Counted from the stretch's first letter, positions 42,599 to 54,948 are shown. The stretch: DNA of 64,000 nt from Eledone cirrhosa (GCA_964016885.1 OZ024742.1:303180001-303244000); one strand, 5' to 3'. Notes: generated from the letters alone by a model not told the origin. Made by a program: numbers and translations.

Positions 42599-44512
42599 AT
42601 TCTGTGGACTATAAATATTAAGTAAGAACGTCTTTGTCGTTTAATAGAATTTGTGTCGAGAATTTATCGAATAGCAATCAGAATGTTCTATATCTGTGTT
42701 TACCTTAAAATGAAAGAGTCTTTGGCTTTTGCCCAATATCGTACCGAATGATTTTCGAAAATGTATCAAAAAGACGATCTTCTAATTACGAATTTCTTGT
42801 TCAGTAATGAAATTTAATGGCTTAAATTCAAAATTTCAGAATAAAAAAGACTAATTAGGTTTATATTATGCAGAATTTATCAATAAAAAAAACTATATTG
42901 AGAAGTAGAGTGAAATAACGTGACCGCTCATGAAATTCCACGCAGCGTTATTGTCTAGCTTTTCATATTTCCTTGAAAGATGAGACATATTTTTGTAAAC
43001 TGCTCAGGAATTTGGATTGCAGAAAAGCAGTAATTTACATGGCAAATTCTTGGAAGTATATATTGTCCTGTTTCCAAATACTAAGCTGAGACAGAGAATG
43101 TTAGTCTGATATTTTCTTTTAGCATCTGCAATTATGTAGGATTTTATCTGTCTTTTCAATTTGAAACGTTTAGAGTCTTTACAAATTATTAACTTGATTC
43201 CTATTTAATGTACAACACGAGTTAAAAAGTATGTGATTATGAGAGTGTTTAAGTTTGATTGTGTCCGCATGTGCGTGTGGATGTATATATTTCAATATAT
43301 ATGAATGTGAATGTGGGGAAATGAAACTTCAAAATTATTTCATATAAACTATTCAGAAGCTAGAATTAATCAAAATATTGTTTTTTAAATATTTTGTCTG
43401 AATATTTCAAAGGATGCCTTCCTTATGCCAGTATATTGATGGCTGAATCAAACTAAATATAGGAAATATTAATTAATTTAATTACATATTAGATATGATT
43501 GCATCGCTTTCATTAAATAAACAGCAAATAAATAATGTTGGCAAGAAAACTTACGGAACTTCAATTAATTTTAAGAACTTGAAAATTGGAATATTTAACC
43601 TTGAGTTGATATTCTCAATCAACGAATTGAAACTTTTTTGAAAAGTTAATTTGAAACTGAACATCAATCTTTATTTTACTTCATCATTATACATTACATT
43701 GCACCTACAGAAATTCCATGTTACCTAACATACCTTTTAACAAATTATACCGCTGATTTCAAAAAGATTATATCGACATCGTATTTTCAGTACATCTTTA
43801 TACGTTTCATTTTTATAGCTACTGAATTATCTCCCTTAAGTTATCATTCCTTTCCCGTATCGTTGACATAAAATTGCTAAAAGCTTTTACATTCCTTTTG
43901 TTTCCAACACAATTCCTTGTCAAAACATTAACAGCCTAAATAATGTTTTGTCTGTTGCGTTCGTTTTTCTTACAGTACCTATAATACTACAACATGCCTT
44001 ACAAAACCGGGTTTGTCTCCACACATTCTCTGAATCAATTTCATTCACAGACTTTCTCTATCTAACGATTTATTTTTTCTCGCCTTAGATCTCAACGATT
44101 TCATTGTTATTCTATCTGTCACACTTCTTCTATCCAATTCCCCCCATCCACAATTTCACGCAGACAGAGAAGCGAACATACGTGCGCACGTACAAAAGCA
44201 TATGCACACACACACACACACACAAACACGCACATATACACATAACCGCACACCACACACAAACACGCATTGTTTTTCTATCTGTTCGTCATTTTCTTAG
44301 TTGTTTCTCGTTTGTGACTTCCACTTCAGGCAGAATAAGCCATGCTATTGTTTTACATTTTTTTCTCTATTCTTTCAATATTTCTGAACTTTTGTTTCTT
44401 TACCGGAAAATATGAGTATGTATATATAGTTACATACATATAGGGGTTCTTATAATACACACACAAACACACACACACGCGTGCATATATATATACATAT
44501 ATACATATATAC

Positions 44513-44543
<31 letters not shown>

Positions 44544-44552
44544 CATATATAT

Positions 44553-44673
<121 letters not shown>

Positions 44674-44913
44674 CATATATCCACCCACCTTTCTTTCTAT
44701 CTATCTCTCTTAATCTGATTTAATCTATCTCCTTCGATCTATCACTCTCACTCACATTTTAGCGGTGCATATATATACATCCATGTATATATATATAAAC
44801 GTTTGTATATGTATAATAAAGCCAAAACAATGCAGGTATGGACATAGAATAAAGAATGCAAATGCAAAAGATATTGTTGACAATTAGTCTTTTACCTTAG
44901 ATTTATTTAAATG

Positions 44914-44950
44914 TCCTTAATTTTCGAGATAATATCTCTTCTTCAGAGGG
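44914..44950 (-). ncRNA. Minimal PLE-type hammerhead ribozyme motif
   Basis: Reverse complement CCT-CTGAAGA-A-GAGAT.ATT.ATCTC-GAAA-AT-TA|AGG; palindromic AATT stem III and short stem I. Confidence 0.7.
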
Positions 44951-45333
44951 AAATAAAGCTCTCAAACCAGTGTTCTAAATAGCTTGCCAAGTCATGCTGA
45001 CAGGAAATGGTATAGAGTATCTGTTCTATCTCTAATGTCAAAGAGTTAGAATTAGGTGGATAAAGAGTAGTCTCCCTTTAAAAGGGTTTTTTTTTTTGTT
45101 TTTTTTTTGTTTTTTTATACATGCCTGTGAAGGTGTAAGTATGTGAGTGTGTGTGTGTGTGAGTGTGAGAAGATATGTCTATTCGTAAATGTGGGGGATA
45201 GGTGTTATCTGGTGTTAGAACTGGTTTTGTGTGTGTATGTGTGAGAGAGAATAAGTGGAGGTGTAAGCGTATGTGTGTGTGTGCGTGCGTGTGTGCGTGA
45301 GGTGTGTGTGTAAATATGGGGCTAGAAGCTCTA

Positions 45334-45900
45334 TCAGGTTATAAATTGGCTGTTGAGTTCTAGTCTATTATTGATTGGTGGTTGTGTTTTATCTATAATT
45401 AGTGCTTCCTTAATTCTAAGATTGCCGAGATTTCTTTCCTTAGTTTCTATCCTAACTGTTATGGTTTTGTCGGTGTTTTTGCATTTAACTAGGTGTTTCT
45501 TAAATGAGGAAGCGTTAGTATTGAGGTGTTCTTTTATTCTTATGTGGAGTCGTCTGGTGGTGCTACCTACGTAGAAGTTGTTGCATTTGTCACACTCTAG
45601 TCTGTATACGACGTAAGCCTGGTGGCATAGGACGGTGTCGTTGATTGGGCAGTTGGCTAGTCTGCAGCAGTTGTCATGTCTGGTGGAGTGTCTTTTGGTT
45701 AGCTGTCCGCGTAGAGAAGGACCTGAGTGGGCCAGTTGCATATCTAGTCCCTCTCGTTTGATAGCTCTGCGGATGGCTGTTGTTGTTTCTTCACTGAAGT
45801 GTGGGAGCTTCAGGAAGCAAGTGTTAGTGCCTCGGGTGTGGTGTCCTCTGTTCTTTCTGGCACGGTTTGTGGTGGATGTCGTGTATCCGTTCAGTTTGAG
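45334..45900 (-). CDS. PLE polyprotein C-terminal fragment (GIY-YIG endonuclease with CCHH), uninterrupted
   Basis: LKLNGY...LKLPHFSE...CCRLANCP..LC..VVYRLECDKCNNFYVGSTTRRLHIRIKEH...KH...RIKEALII..QPPINNR: VY/YVG, R, E and N catalytic motifs. Confidence 0.9.
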   Translation of the reverse strand, partial: LKLNGYTTSTTNRARKNRGHHTRGTNTCFLKLPHFSEETTTAIRRAIKREGLDMQLAHSGPSLRGQLTKRHSTRHDNCCRLANCPINDTVLCHQAYVVYRLECDKCNNFYVGSTTRRLHIRIKEHLNTNASSFKKHLVKCKNTDKTITVRIETKERNLGNLRIKEALIIDKTQPPINNRLELNSQFIT

Positions 45901-45969
45901 TACTCAAACAAATAATTGGAGTAAAAATACGATATTAACAAATGGAAATTATATTTATAAAACCATATT

Positions 45970-46034
45970 TATTTCATTATACATATTTCAAGGACACCAA
46001 GTTAAATTATGGTGTGCTTTCATCAGATAAAATA
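45970..46034 (-). ncRNA. Type-I hammerhead motif, family A (left arm)
   Basis: Exact reverse complement of 46197-46261. Confidence 0.85.
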
Positions 46035-46196
46035 TAATATAGAGCAGTTTTATAAATAAATATTGACATACCCTTAAAGAATGCAACAATTACTGTTGGA
46101 AGCTCCCGGATAGTCCACTATCCGGGAGCTTCCAACAGTAATGGTTGCATTCTTTAAGGGTATGTCAATATTTATTTATAAAACTGCTCTATATTA

Positions 46197-46261
46197 TATT
46201 TTATCTGATGAAAGCACACCATAATTTAACTTGGTGTCCTTGAAATATGTATAATGAAATA
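46197..46261 (+). ncRNA. Type-I hammerhead motif, family A (right arm)
   Basis: TATTTTAT-CTGATGA-AAG.ACACCA...TGGTGT.CTT-GAAA-TATGTA-TA|ATGAAATA. Confidence 0.85.
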
Positions 46262-46842
46262 AATATGGTTTTATAAATATAGTTTCCATTTGTTAATATC
46301 GTATATATATATATATTTATATATATATAAAATTAAAATTTATTTCTCGCCCTAGCACTGATGCTACATAAATGTACGTGTGCATACTTACATTTATATA
46401 TATAAGGTATAAACCGAAGTCTTTGCTGTTGCACAGCAAGTACTATTCGATTTGTTTGAGGCAATCACAAAGCACTCAATGACGCGAGGGTTAAAAATAA
46501 CATTGGGTCCGAGCCAACGTGGTAAAGCTTCGGATTTTTAAATGAGCGGCTGTCACCTACCAATTCATTAATACTAAAAACGACAGTTTGAATAACAAAC
46601 GGGCATACCTACCACAAACTTCTAGCACATCTAACATTATCCTAAATATTGGGACGAAAAAAGACCTTAACTGACCTGCACGAGTACAATGTAACTGAAG
46701 TCATCCCAAAATGCGTCCCCTATCGAGAAGGTGCATGTATAACAATATCGCATACTAAAGAAAAATTACAAGTCTAGGGACGTAGAAATATGTGGGGGCC
46801 ACATCTAACTTTTTTAAAGAAAAGATGTTATGCATATATTTA

Positions 46843-47161
46843 CAGCGGTACGTCGGTACATGAACACCTCTCCTCACGAACAAATCTGTTTAATACCAAT
46901 TTTTCTCAACATAAGACGTTGGCGAAAGGTGTTTCGAGTAACAAACAAGCACGTTGGCGGCAAGCTGGGAATATCTACGGGAAGCATCACCTCCGATGTA
47001 CTTAGTTACTGTGGTGATATCTATCTGTCTTTCACATACAATCTCTTTCTCACAATTTATTTTTCAATATTTCGACGGGAAAAATAGATTCTGTTTACGA
47101 ACACTTCGGTTGACGAACGGTCTTCAGTGACAAATTAAGTTCTTGAACTGAGGTTACACTC
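46843..47161. mobile_element. Tigger-like MITE (degenerate)
   Basis: TA-CAGCGGTACGTCGGTACATGAAC start and GTTCTTGAACTGAGGTTACACT end; internal ACGAAC repeats. Confidence 0.55.
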
Positions 47162-47536
47162 TCTTTATATAAATATATATTCATCTATCTATCTAATTCT
47201 GTCTGTCTGCCTCTAAGCCCCTCTCTGTGTGTCTTTGTCTGTTTCTCTTTCTGTCTTTCTCTCCATATATATATATGATTACCTGTACAGGCAATTTTTA
47301 TTAGAATGCTGTTGAAGTATGTATACATGTTTTGGGGACACCCTATATATACATATATATATACAATATGGAAAGAGATAGAAGAAAGAAAGCTAAACAA
47401 TGCAAAATGGAGTGTAAGATGAGGTAACGAAAAGTAAGTTACCTGGTAATCTTTGTTTTGCTTTTTGTTTTTGCTGTTCTTTCTTCTGTTCTCTCTCTCT
47501 CTCTCTGTCCCTCTCTCTCTCTTTCTCTCTCTCTAA

Positions 47537-47642
<106 letters not shown>

Positions 47643-47764
47643 TAATTACAACAGTGATATAAACAGGTACTCCAATTTCTTCAGCCTGTCATGAGATAAA
47701 TAGAAAACCAAGATCTTTAGTACCTGTTTGTGTCACTGTTGTAATTATTTATACAAAATTCGTT

Positions 47765-47816
47765 CTATGGACTGAGTGCTCTTACTCTTGGATATTTACA
47801 CTTAACTTTTACTGCA

Positions 47817-47880
<64 letters not shown>

Positions 47881-48050
47881 GAGGGGGGTTAGAACACTGG
47901 AAGGTAATATCCGTAGTGGTAGAGCAAATTGTTGTGTTACTACTTCTACCAAACACGTCCATGGGACGTGTTTGGTAGAAGTAGTAACACAACAGTTATT
48001 TAACAATACCGAGTTTGGTATGGTGATCTAACGGTTGTGTTACTACTTCT
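47765..48050. repeat. Scrambled and inverted fragments of the pLTR of the 51.75-53.1 kb PLE, including a hairpin of about 32-bp arms (about 47930-47995)
   Basis: Shares ATGGACTGAGTGCTCT, TAGAACACTGGAAGGTAATATCCGTAGT and GGTATGGTGA with 51752-51850. Confidence 0.8.
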
Positions 48051-48879
48051 TTATATATATATATATATATATATATATCCATACATGCATATGTATGTGT
48101 GTGTGCGCATGTGTATGTGCGTCACCATTTTCTCTGTTTACCATTTTGAAAAACTCTCATCTACTAATAAACGATCACTTACTTTATAACGTTTAAACGG
48201 TTTTTATTTTTATGGGTACATCACCTTTATTTAGGTTTTTGTTCTGTTTTTGACAGAAAATATATATCTTTATTCTGATATCATTCCTTATATTCAGTCA
48301 CATCCAAAACACTGTTTAAAAACCAACACATTTTTGTTGTTGGCAGCAATGTTTTCTAAAAAGATACAGTCTTGTTTGTATATGTTATCTATTCACGACA
48401 TAAAATATATTAAGAAAGCTGGACAGAATTTTGAGACATGATATAAAAAGTAATTACACAAGAGAAAATGCATATAAACAAGGCTAACAGCCATGCGAAT
48501 TTTGCATTGTTTTATCGAATTGCTATTTTCTATAAATATATTTTGATATTATTTCAGTAAAGGATTATCAGCATTTGTATTTATATTATCAGCATTCGCA
48601 TTACGTACATAACGTGTCACTTGATGTTATTTTATATACATATATGAATGTCTGATATATGAAGGTCGAATGTCATTCAACAGCATAAAACTGGTAAGAT
48701 TCAGATTTAATTCTCGTGCTTATGGACTTGTTTCTTTACTTATTTCTGTAAAATTACATCTTACTCAACATTAAAAGTAATGGCGGTCAACATGTATTTA
48801 TCTGTGCAGAGATCTAAATCTTCGTCGTCGACTATTCCTAGTTTCCGAGTATATTTTTTCTTCCTTTCAATTTTCCTAT

Positions 48880-49215
48880 TCATGACGCTGCTTCAGGTCG
48901 ATGGAAATGTCTATTTGTTCAAAGAAAAGCTATCTACACACGTCACAGCTTTCGGTTGATGGTGGCCTTGGCTGCAAATGGCAAATTTGTTGTCGCAGTC
49001 TTTTATCCTTCTCAGCTCTCTCGCGATTTTCCTCAGTATTTTGTATCCATTTTGACGCTACACTTTTCTGTCTTTTGCCTGATGTTCGCAGGACATAGGG
49101 CCGTCCATGGTGCTCTTCATCGTTTGTTTTAATTGGTGTTTATACCGTTGCATAGCATGACCACGTGATCTTTTGACCGTACTGACTTCGCTGTATTGTG
49201 TTGAACTCATGGTCA
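48880..49215 (-). mobile_element. RTE (BovB-like) LINE 3' coding relic
   Basis: YSEVSTVKRSRGHAMQRYKHQLKQTMK...CEHQAKDRKV resembles the LYxELxxGxRxxGxPxxRYKDxLK...WExxAxDR motif. Confidence 0.65.
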
Positions 49216-49226
49216 TAAAGTTTTCT

Positions 49227-49291
<65 letters not shown>

Positions 49292-49383
49292 TGCGTGTGC
49301 CTTGAACATGGCTAGATAAAATGAATGAGTTTAATACAGTGAAAGATAAGCAATATAATAGATATTTGCATGTATATATATAT

Positions 49384-49674
49384 ATAATATATAAGATCAA
49401 AAGATGGTTAAAAGAGTTCCATGTATTTTATTATGCGCATTTTAAAAACAAATATCATCATGTAATAACATTTGCGTTTTCGTCAGATAAAATAGGGAGA
49501 CATGATATGAAGGTTAAAACACACTTGTGAATAGTGTGTTTTAACCTTCATATCATGTCTCCCTATTTTATCTGACGAAAACGCAAATGTTATTGCATGA
49601 TGATATTTGTTTTTGAAATGCGCATAATAAAATACATGGAACTCTTTTAACCATCTTTTGATCTTATATATTAT
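49384..49674. repeat. Near-perfect palindrome (142-bp arms, 7-nt loop 49526-49532) of an HHR element
   Basis: The arms are reverse complements with 2 mismatches. Confidence 0.95.
49564..49634 (+). ncRNA. Type-I hammerhead ribozyme motif (best-formed example)
   Basis: TATTTTAT-CTGACGA-[AAACGCAAATGTTATT/GATGATATTTGTTTTT]-GAAA-TGCGCA-TA|ATAAAATA. Perfect 8-bp stem I and ATGCGCAT palindrome. The mirror copy (49424-49494, minus) has GAAA changed to AAAA. Confidence 0.9.
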
Positions 49675-49758
49675 TATTTATACTCCAGTCCTACAAACTG
49701 TAGAGTGCTACTTATCCAATATCTGTATTGCTTTATTGTACTACAATAAAACTCACCT

Positions 49759-49795
<37 letters not shown>

Positions 49796-49797
<2 letters not shown>

Positions 49798-51068
49798 TCT
49801 CTTTCGTCTATGACTTCACAAAACTTACGTTTACCGAATTCGTAGACCAGACCCCTTTATCTTCTTCTTCTTCTTCTTCTTCTTCTTCTTCTTCTTCTTC
49901 TGCTTCTTCTTCTTCTTCTTCTTCTTCTTCTTCTTCTTCTTCTTCTTCTTCTTCTTCTTCTTCTTCCTCTTCTCTCTTTTCTCTCTCTCTTTCCCCCCCC
50001 CCCGTCAAATTTGGGCGAAATTCTTTCCTTGCTCACATTTCAACCAGGTTTGATGGTCTTTTGTCTCTTGTTCACGATTTCACCGAGTTTATGTTCATAG
50101 AGATCTGGGACTTGTCTATTTCTTCTCACTTTCCGTTGCTTAAACTTTTTTGTTTGTTACCCTGGCGTCCCCTTTGTTTACGTGTCCCAACGACTTTTTT
50201 TAGCCGTTGTTCGCACCAACCTGAGGCATATGGCCCTTAAAGCGATGAAATGCCTGGGACGGTTGGAGGGTCACTGATGAAGGACCTACTTTTTCACATG
50301 CCCCACCATTTGCAACGGGCAGCCTATTATTTTCATATTTACACATAATTTTTATTCTGCTGCCACTCGTCTGTTCGTTTTTACCCTTTCTAGCAGTCTT
50401 TTTCTCTGTTAGCCTCCTCCTCAACTTTCACTCACTCATTCTCTGTCACTACCTCTCCTCCTCCTCCTCTTTCCTGCTCCTCCTTCAAGTTTGACCTGTG
50501 TGTAATTCTTTTCTCGCGCGGTCTTGACCAAGCTGGTATGGAAATTTTTTTCTCTCTCTCTTTCGTCTGTGACTTCACAAAACTTACGTTTACCGAATTC
50601 GTAGACCAGACCCCTTTATCTTCTTCTTTTTCTTCTTCTTCTTCTTCTTCTTCTTCTTCTTCTTCTTCTTCTTCTTCTTCTTCTTCTTCTTCTTCTTCTT
50701 CTTCTTCTCTCTTTTCTCTCTCTCTTTTTCCCCCCGTCAAACTTGGGCGAAATTCTTTCCTTGCTCACATTTCAACCAGGTTTGATGGTCTTTTGTCTCT
50801 TGTTCACGATTTCACCGAGTTTATGTTCATAGAGATCTGGGACTTGTCTATTTCTTCTCACTTTCCGTTGCTTAAACTTTTTTGTTTGTTACCCTGGCGT
50901 CCCCTTTGTTTACGTGTCCCAACGACTTTTTTTAGCCGTTGTTCGCACCAACCTGAGGCATATGGCCCTTAAAGCGATGAAATGCCTGGGACGGTTGGAG
51001 GGTCACTGATGAAGGACCTACTTTTTCACATGCCCCACCATTTGCAACGGGCAGCCTATTATTTTCAT
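49796..51068 (+). mobile_element. (TA)n-flanked partial tandem (about 1.7 units, period about 730-760 bp) of a non-coding element containing (CTT)n
   Basis: 49796-50338 is nearly identical to 50555-51068 except for (CTT)n length; homologous to 63696-64000. Confidence 0.9.
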
Positions 51069-51509
51069 ATATATATATACATACATACAAGTATATATAT
51101 ACATATATTAGTACAGAGCATATTCTTTGTTCGATCATTATACCTAAAACTTATAGTTTTAAGCAGACAGTATTATTGATTTAGGTGTCATAGAAACCCT
51201 GCATTTGGATTTTACCATCAATTCCAATGGCTCCAGGTCTGTTTTTTTTATCATTTATTTTATTTTGTTTTCACCTGTTTTTTTGGTTTAGGTGGTTAAT
51301 GCTTTCTTCACCACTTTTTCAGTTTGTATGGCGTTTTAACATACTGTTTAGCTCTGGTTTTTTAACTATGGAGCGCTTGTCCGCACAATTCTGAATTTTG
51401 CGTTTCGTTTCGCTTTTTCTACCCGGCTCGCTGTTTCTCGCTGAATTTATATATATATATATTGAGGTCCCTGTGTCCGCCTATCGCCAGGGATCTTAGC
51501 CGAGAATCG

Positions 51510-51587
51510 ACTCTCTGATGAAGAAAGGAATTCTCCATGGTTTTGATTACTTTGTATATCCCCTTTCAGAAAGTAATTAGTTGGAGT
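51510..51587 (+). ncRNA. Type-I hammerhead motif (variant)
   Basis: ACTCT-CTGATGA-A.GAAAGG...CCTTTC.A-GAAA-GTAATTAG-TT|GGAGT; stem III palindrome imperfect. Confidence 0.6.
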
Positions 51588-51630
51588 GAAACTTAAGTAA
51601 GTAATTATTATAATTTTCTTATCTTACGTC

Positions 51631-51688
<58 letters not shown>

Positions 51689-51749
51689 GGCGTAAAAGAA
51701 GAAAATTATAATAATTACTTACTTAAGTTTCACTCCAACTAATTACTTT
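51570..51749. repeat. Inverted repeat (about 68-bp arms) around (TA)n, duplicating the 3' half of the 51.5-kb HHR element
   Basis: AAAGTAATTAGTTGGAGTGAAAC...TTTCATA mirrored at 51681-51749. Confidence 0.9.
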
Positions 51750-51751
51750 AT

Positions 51752-53116
51752 AGTGGTAGAACACTGGAAGGTAATATCCGTAGTAGTAGAGCACTCAGTC
51801 CATGGGACGAGTTAGGTAGAAGTGGTTACAAAACAGTTAATTCACCATACCGAGAACAATTGTTTCACCTTAGCGGATCCTCAGCTCGTAATAGACATGG
51901 TTATACAGAACAGGAAGGACAACCGTACGAACGCGCATGCGCATAAATGATCACTTCACACAGGGAATACTAAATTGCGTGCGAGAGGTGTAAGGGCGAT
52001 AACTGCGAAAGTCCGAAAGTTTCTAGTTGATAAGAAAATTAGGATGTTCTTGTAATTCAATCTGGACCGTTGTAGTTATGGAAGAGGTGTTTCCAGACGT
52101 GTGGACAATGTGTGAAGAATTCATTTCTCGTGTTTAGTCAAACACCATTGCGTAATCTCTTTAGAATATTTATTCGTTCATCAATACATAGTCCACATGA
52201 CGGATTGCCCCTTGCTTATGGCTTGGATTTAGTGATGGCTTTCCATTGAATGGAGTAGTCTATACTTGAGTCCTTGAGGGACCATACGTGGCTTGCGAGT
52301 TTCGTGGATGAATGTCTGTCCGGGTACCTAAAGGTCGACTGGTGATTCAGGAAGCGTTCATTAAATCGGACCTCCACCATACCCACATAGGATTTGATCT
52401 CCTGTGGTTGATTTGGTAGTTTGGAAGTGACCACAGCTTCATAAACTAAAGCGTGTGTGTTGCATTGCTGTTGAAGCTTCGGGCTTACGCCAAGAGCAGT
52501 GTATTCACTTCCAACGGACCAAATCAGCCACAGGAGGTCAAATCCTATGTGGGTATGGCGGAGGGCCGATTTAAGGAACGCTTCCTGAACCACCGGTCGA
52601 CCTTTAGGTACCCGGACAGACGTTCAACCACGAAACTCGAGAGCCACGTATGGTCCCTCAAGGACTCAAGTATAGACTACTCCATTCAATGGAAATCCAT
52701 CACTAAGTCCTAACCATACGCAAGGGGCAATCCGTCGTGTGGACTATCTATTGATGAACGAATAAATATTCTAAAGAGATTATGTAATAGTGATTGCCTA
52801 AACCTGAGAAATGAATTCTTCACACGTTGTCCACACGTCTGGAAACACCTCTTACATAACTACAAAGGTCCGGATTGAATTACAAGAACATCCTAATTTT
52901 CTTATCAACTAGAAACTTTGGAATTTCGCAGTTATCTCCCTTACACCTCTGGCACGCAATTTAGTATTGCCTGTGTGAAGTGATCGTTTCTGCGCATGCG
53001 CGTTCGTACGGTTGTCCTTTCTGTTCCGTATAACCATGTCCATTAAGAGCTGAGGATCCGCTAAGGTGAAGCAATTGATCTCGGTATGGTGAACTAACTG
53101 TTGTGTAACCACTTCT
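51752..53116. mobile_element. Two 5'-truncated PLE copies head to head (minus 51752-52480; plus 52505-53116), GIY-YIG pseudogenes with pLTR
   Basis: LVYEAVV...SYVGMAEGRFKERFLNH..TF...QWK...CGLCIDERINIL...LN.RNE...CPH. Each copy has its own premature stop; the arms are roughly 90% identical by eye. Confidence 0.9.
51851..51888 (-). ncRNA. Minimal PLE hammerhead ribozyme motif
   Basis: Reverse complement CGAG-CTGAGGA-T.CC.GCTAA.GG.T-GAAA-CAATTG-TT|CTCG. The sister copy 53047-53082 (+) is mutated in the core (GAAG...AT). Confidence 0.85.
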
Positions 53117-53122
53117 ATATAT

Positions 53123-53196
<74 letters not shown>

Positions 53197-53457
53197 TTAT
53201 CAAATATATATATATATATATATGTAGATAAATCTACCAAGAAATATAAGGAATACCAATATAATATAAGGAACTGTTTCATTGTTTTATTCATTATTTT
53301 TTAAATATTTTATATATATATATATATATTTATAAAATATATATATATATATATATATATATTTCAATAAATATTTGCTCTACGGTTCTTATATATTTGC
53401 TATATATTTATCCTTATCGAGCCCTCTTTGGATTTTAGTCTTCAAATTTATTATTAT

Positions 53458-53515
<58 letters not shown>

Positions 53516-53524
53516 AAAATATAC

Positions 53525-53610
<86 letters not shown>

Positions 53611-53899
53611 GTACAACCAGAGTATCCGATAAAAAAATACAAAATGATGAATAGCTAGATAAAAGAGCAACAAATATTGTATGTTGGATGGAATGGAGGA
53701 GGAAAAAGAAAAGAACATAATAAAAATAGGAGAGGCAGATAGCGGGAATAAAAAAGGCACTTAATGGGAGATAATCGTTGACAGAAATGGAACAAAATGA
53801 ATTTGATGACAGATTCTAATTAAATAGAGTTATACTCTTAGTAAATTCAGGACACATAAGTTTATTCCGGTTTCAATTGGGGGTAACCACAGTAAGTAA

Positions 53900-54007
<108 letters not shown>

Positions 54008-54304
54008 AATATATGCGTATTTATATTGGTATGGTTTGGGTACTTTCGTTCACCGTTTTTACACAAACACCCACACACATACACACACAGAAACACGTAT
54101 TATGTATACATGGGCGTGTGCTTCATTGCCTCTATATACTTATACATATATATATATATATATGTATATAAATATATATATGTATATATATATATATATA
54201 AGTATACAAAGATCGGAATTAAGAGTATTCCGCAGTTCACTGTAATAATAATAATAGTATTAGCTCAAAGAAGAATAGAGAATTTCCTTCTGAGCTCAAA
54301 TGCA

Positions 54305-54757
54305 AATATATATTACACAAAGAGAAGTGTGTATAGAGAACAATATCTACAGTATAGAGAACAATATCTACAGGTATAGCAATTAAATAGAAAAAAACTA
54401 AGTCAGAATCAAATCTCTGGATTAGAGTTTTAAATTACCAACCTTATAACTATATTTTGCTGATACGAATCTCGCTTCGTTTCACCACTTATATGTGAAG
54501 TATATCAGGTCACAGGTTCCTCGGTCAGCAAATGCGAACACTGAACACCACACATCTAACGTCATGGATAGAGAGATAGCTAATACACACGCTGCCCAGA
54601 GTAGGGCGAAATCACGTGTTATTTGCATCAAATAACGGCTCTCATGGATTGGGGAAACGCTAGAAAGGGCAGCCCAACCATTCGAATTTATTAGCTCAAC
54701 AATTTGGACCAATAATTCTTTACACACATCTCACTGTGTAACACACTTCTCTTTGTG

Positions 54758-54765
<8 letters not shown>
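54305..54765. mobile_element. Element bounded by about 25-bp inverted repeats, with a degenerate HHR-like motif on the minus strand (about 54460-54512)
   Basis: ATATATTACACAAAGAGAAGTGTGT / ACACACTTCTCTTTGTGTAATATAT; minus strand CTGATAT...GTGGT-GAAA-CGAA.GCGAGA.TTCG-TA|TCA. Confidence 0.5.
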
Positions 54766-54813
<48 letters not shown>

Positions 54814-54948
54814 CGAAGGAAATGTGGTAAGGAACCAGGTTGACCATAACGCACCAAAGTACTCAATACTTAGGGTAGTAGAGTGGGTAATAGGTCCAGA
54901 ATTAGCCGTCGAAACGGCTTGAGCTCAGCCGTGGGGGTCCTACTGGTT

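Larger units (their letters stand above)
44810..45900 (-). mobile_element. 5'-truncated Penelope-like element: RT thumb/linker, GIY-YIG endonuclease, 3'UTR and pLTR hammerhead
   Basis: Open frame from about 45900 to 45334 followed by a (CA)-rich UTR and an HHR on the same strand at 44914-44950. Confidence 0.85.
45927..46304. repeat. Near-perfect palindrome (188-bp arms, 2-nt loop at 46115-46116) made of two family A HHR elements head to head
   Basis: The arms are reverse complements with about 2 mismatches. Confidence 0.95.
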
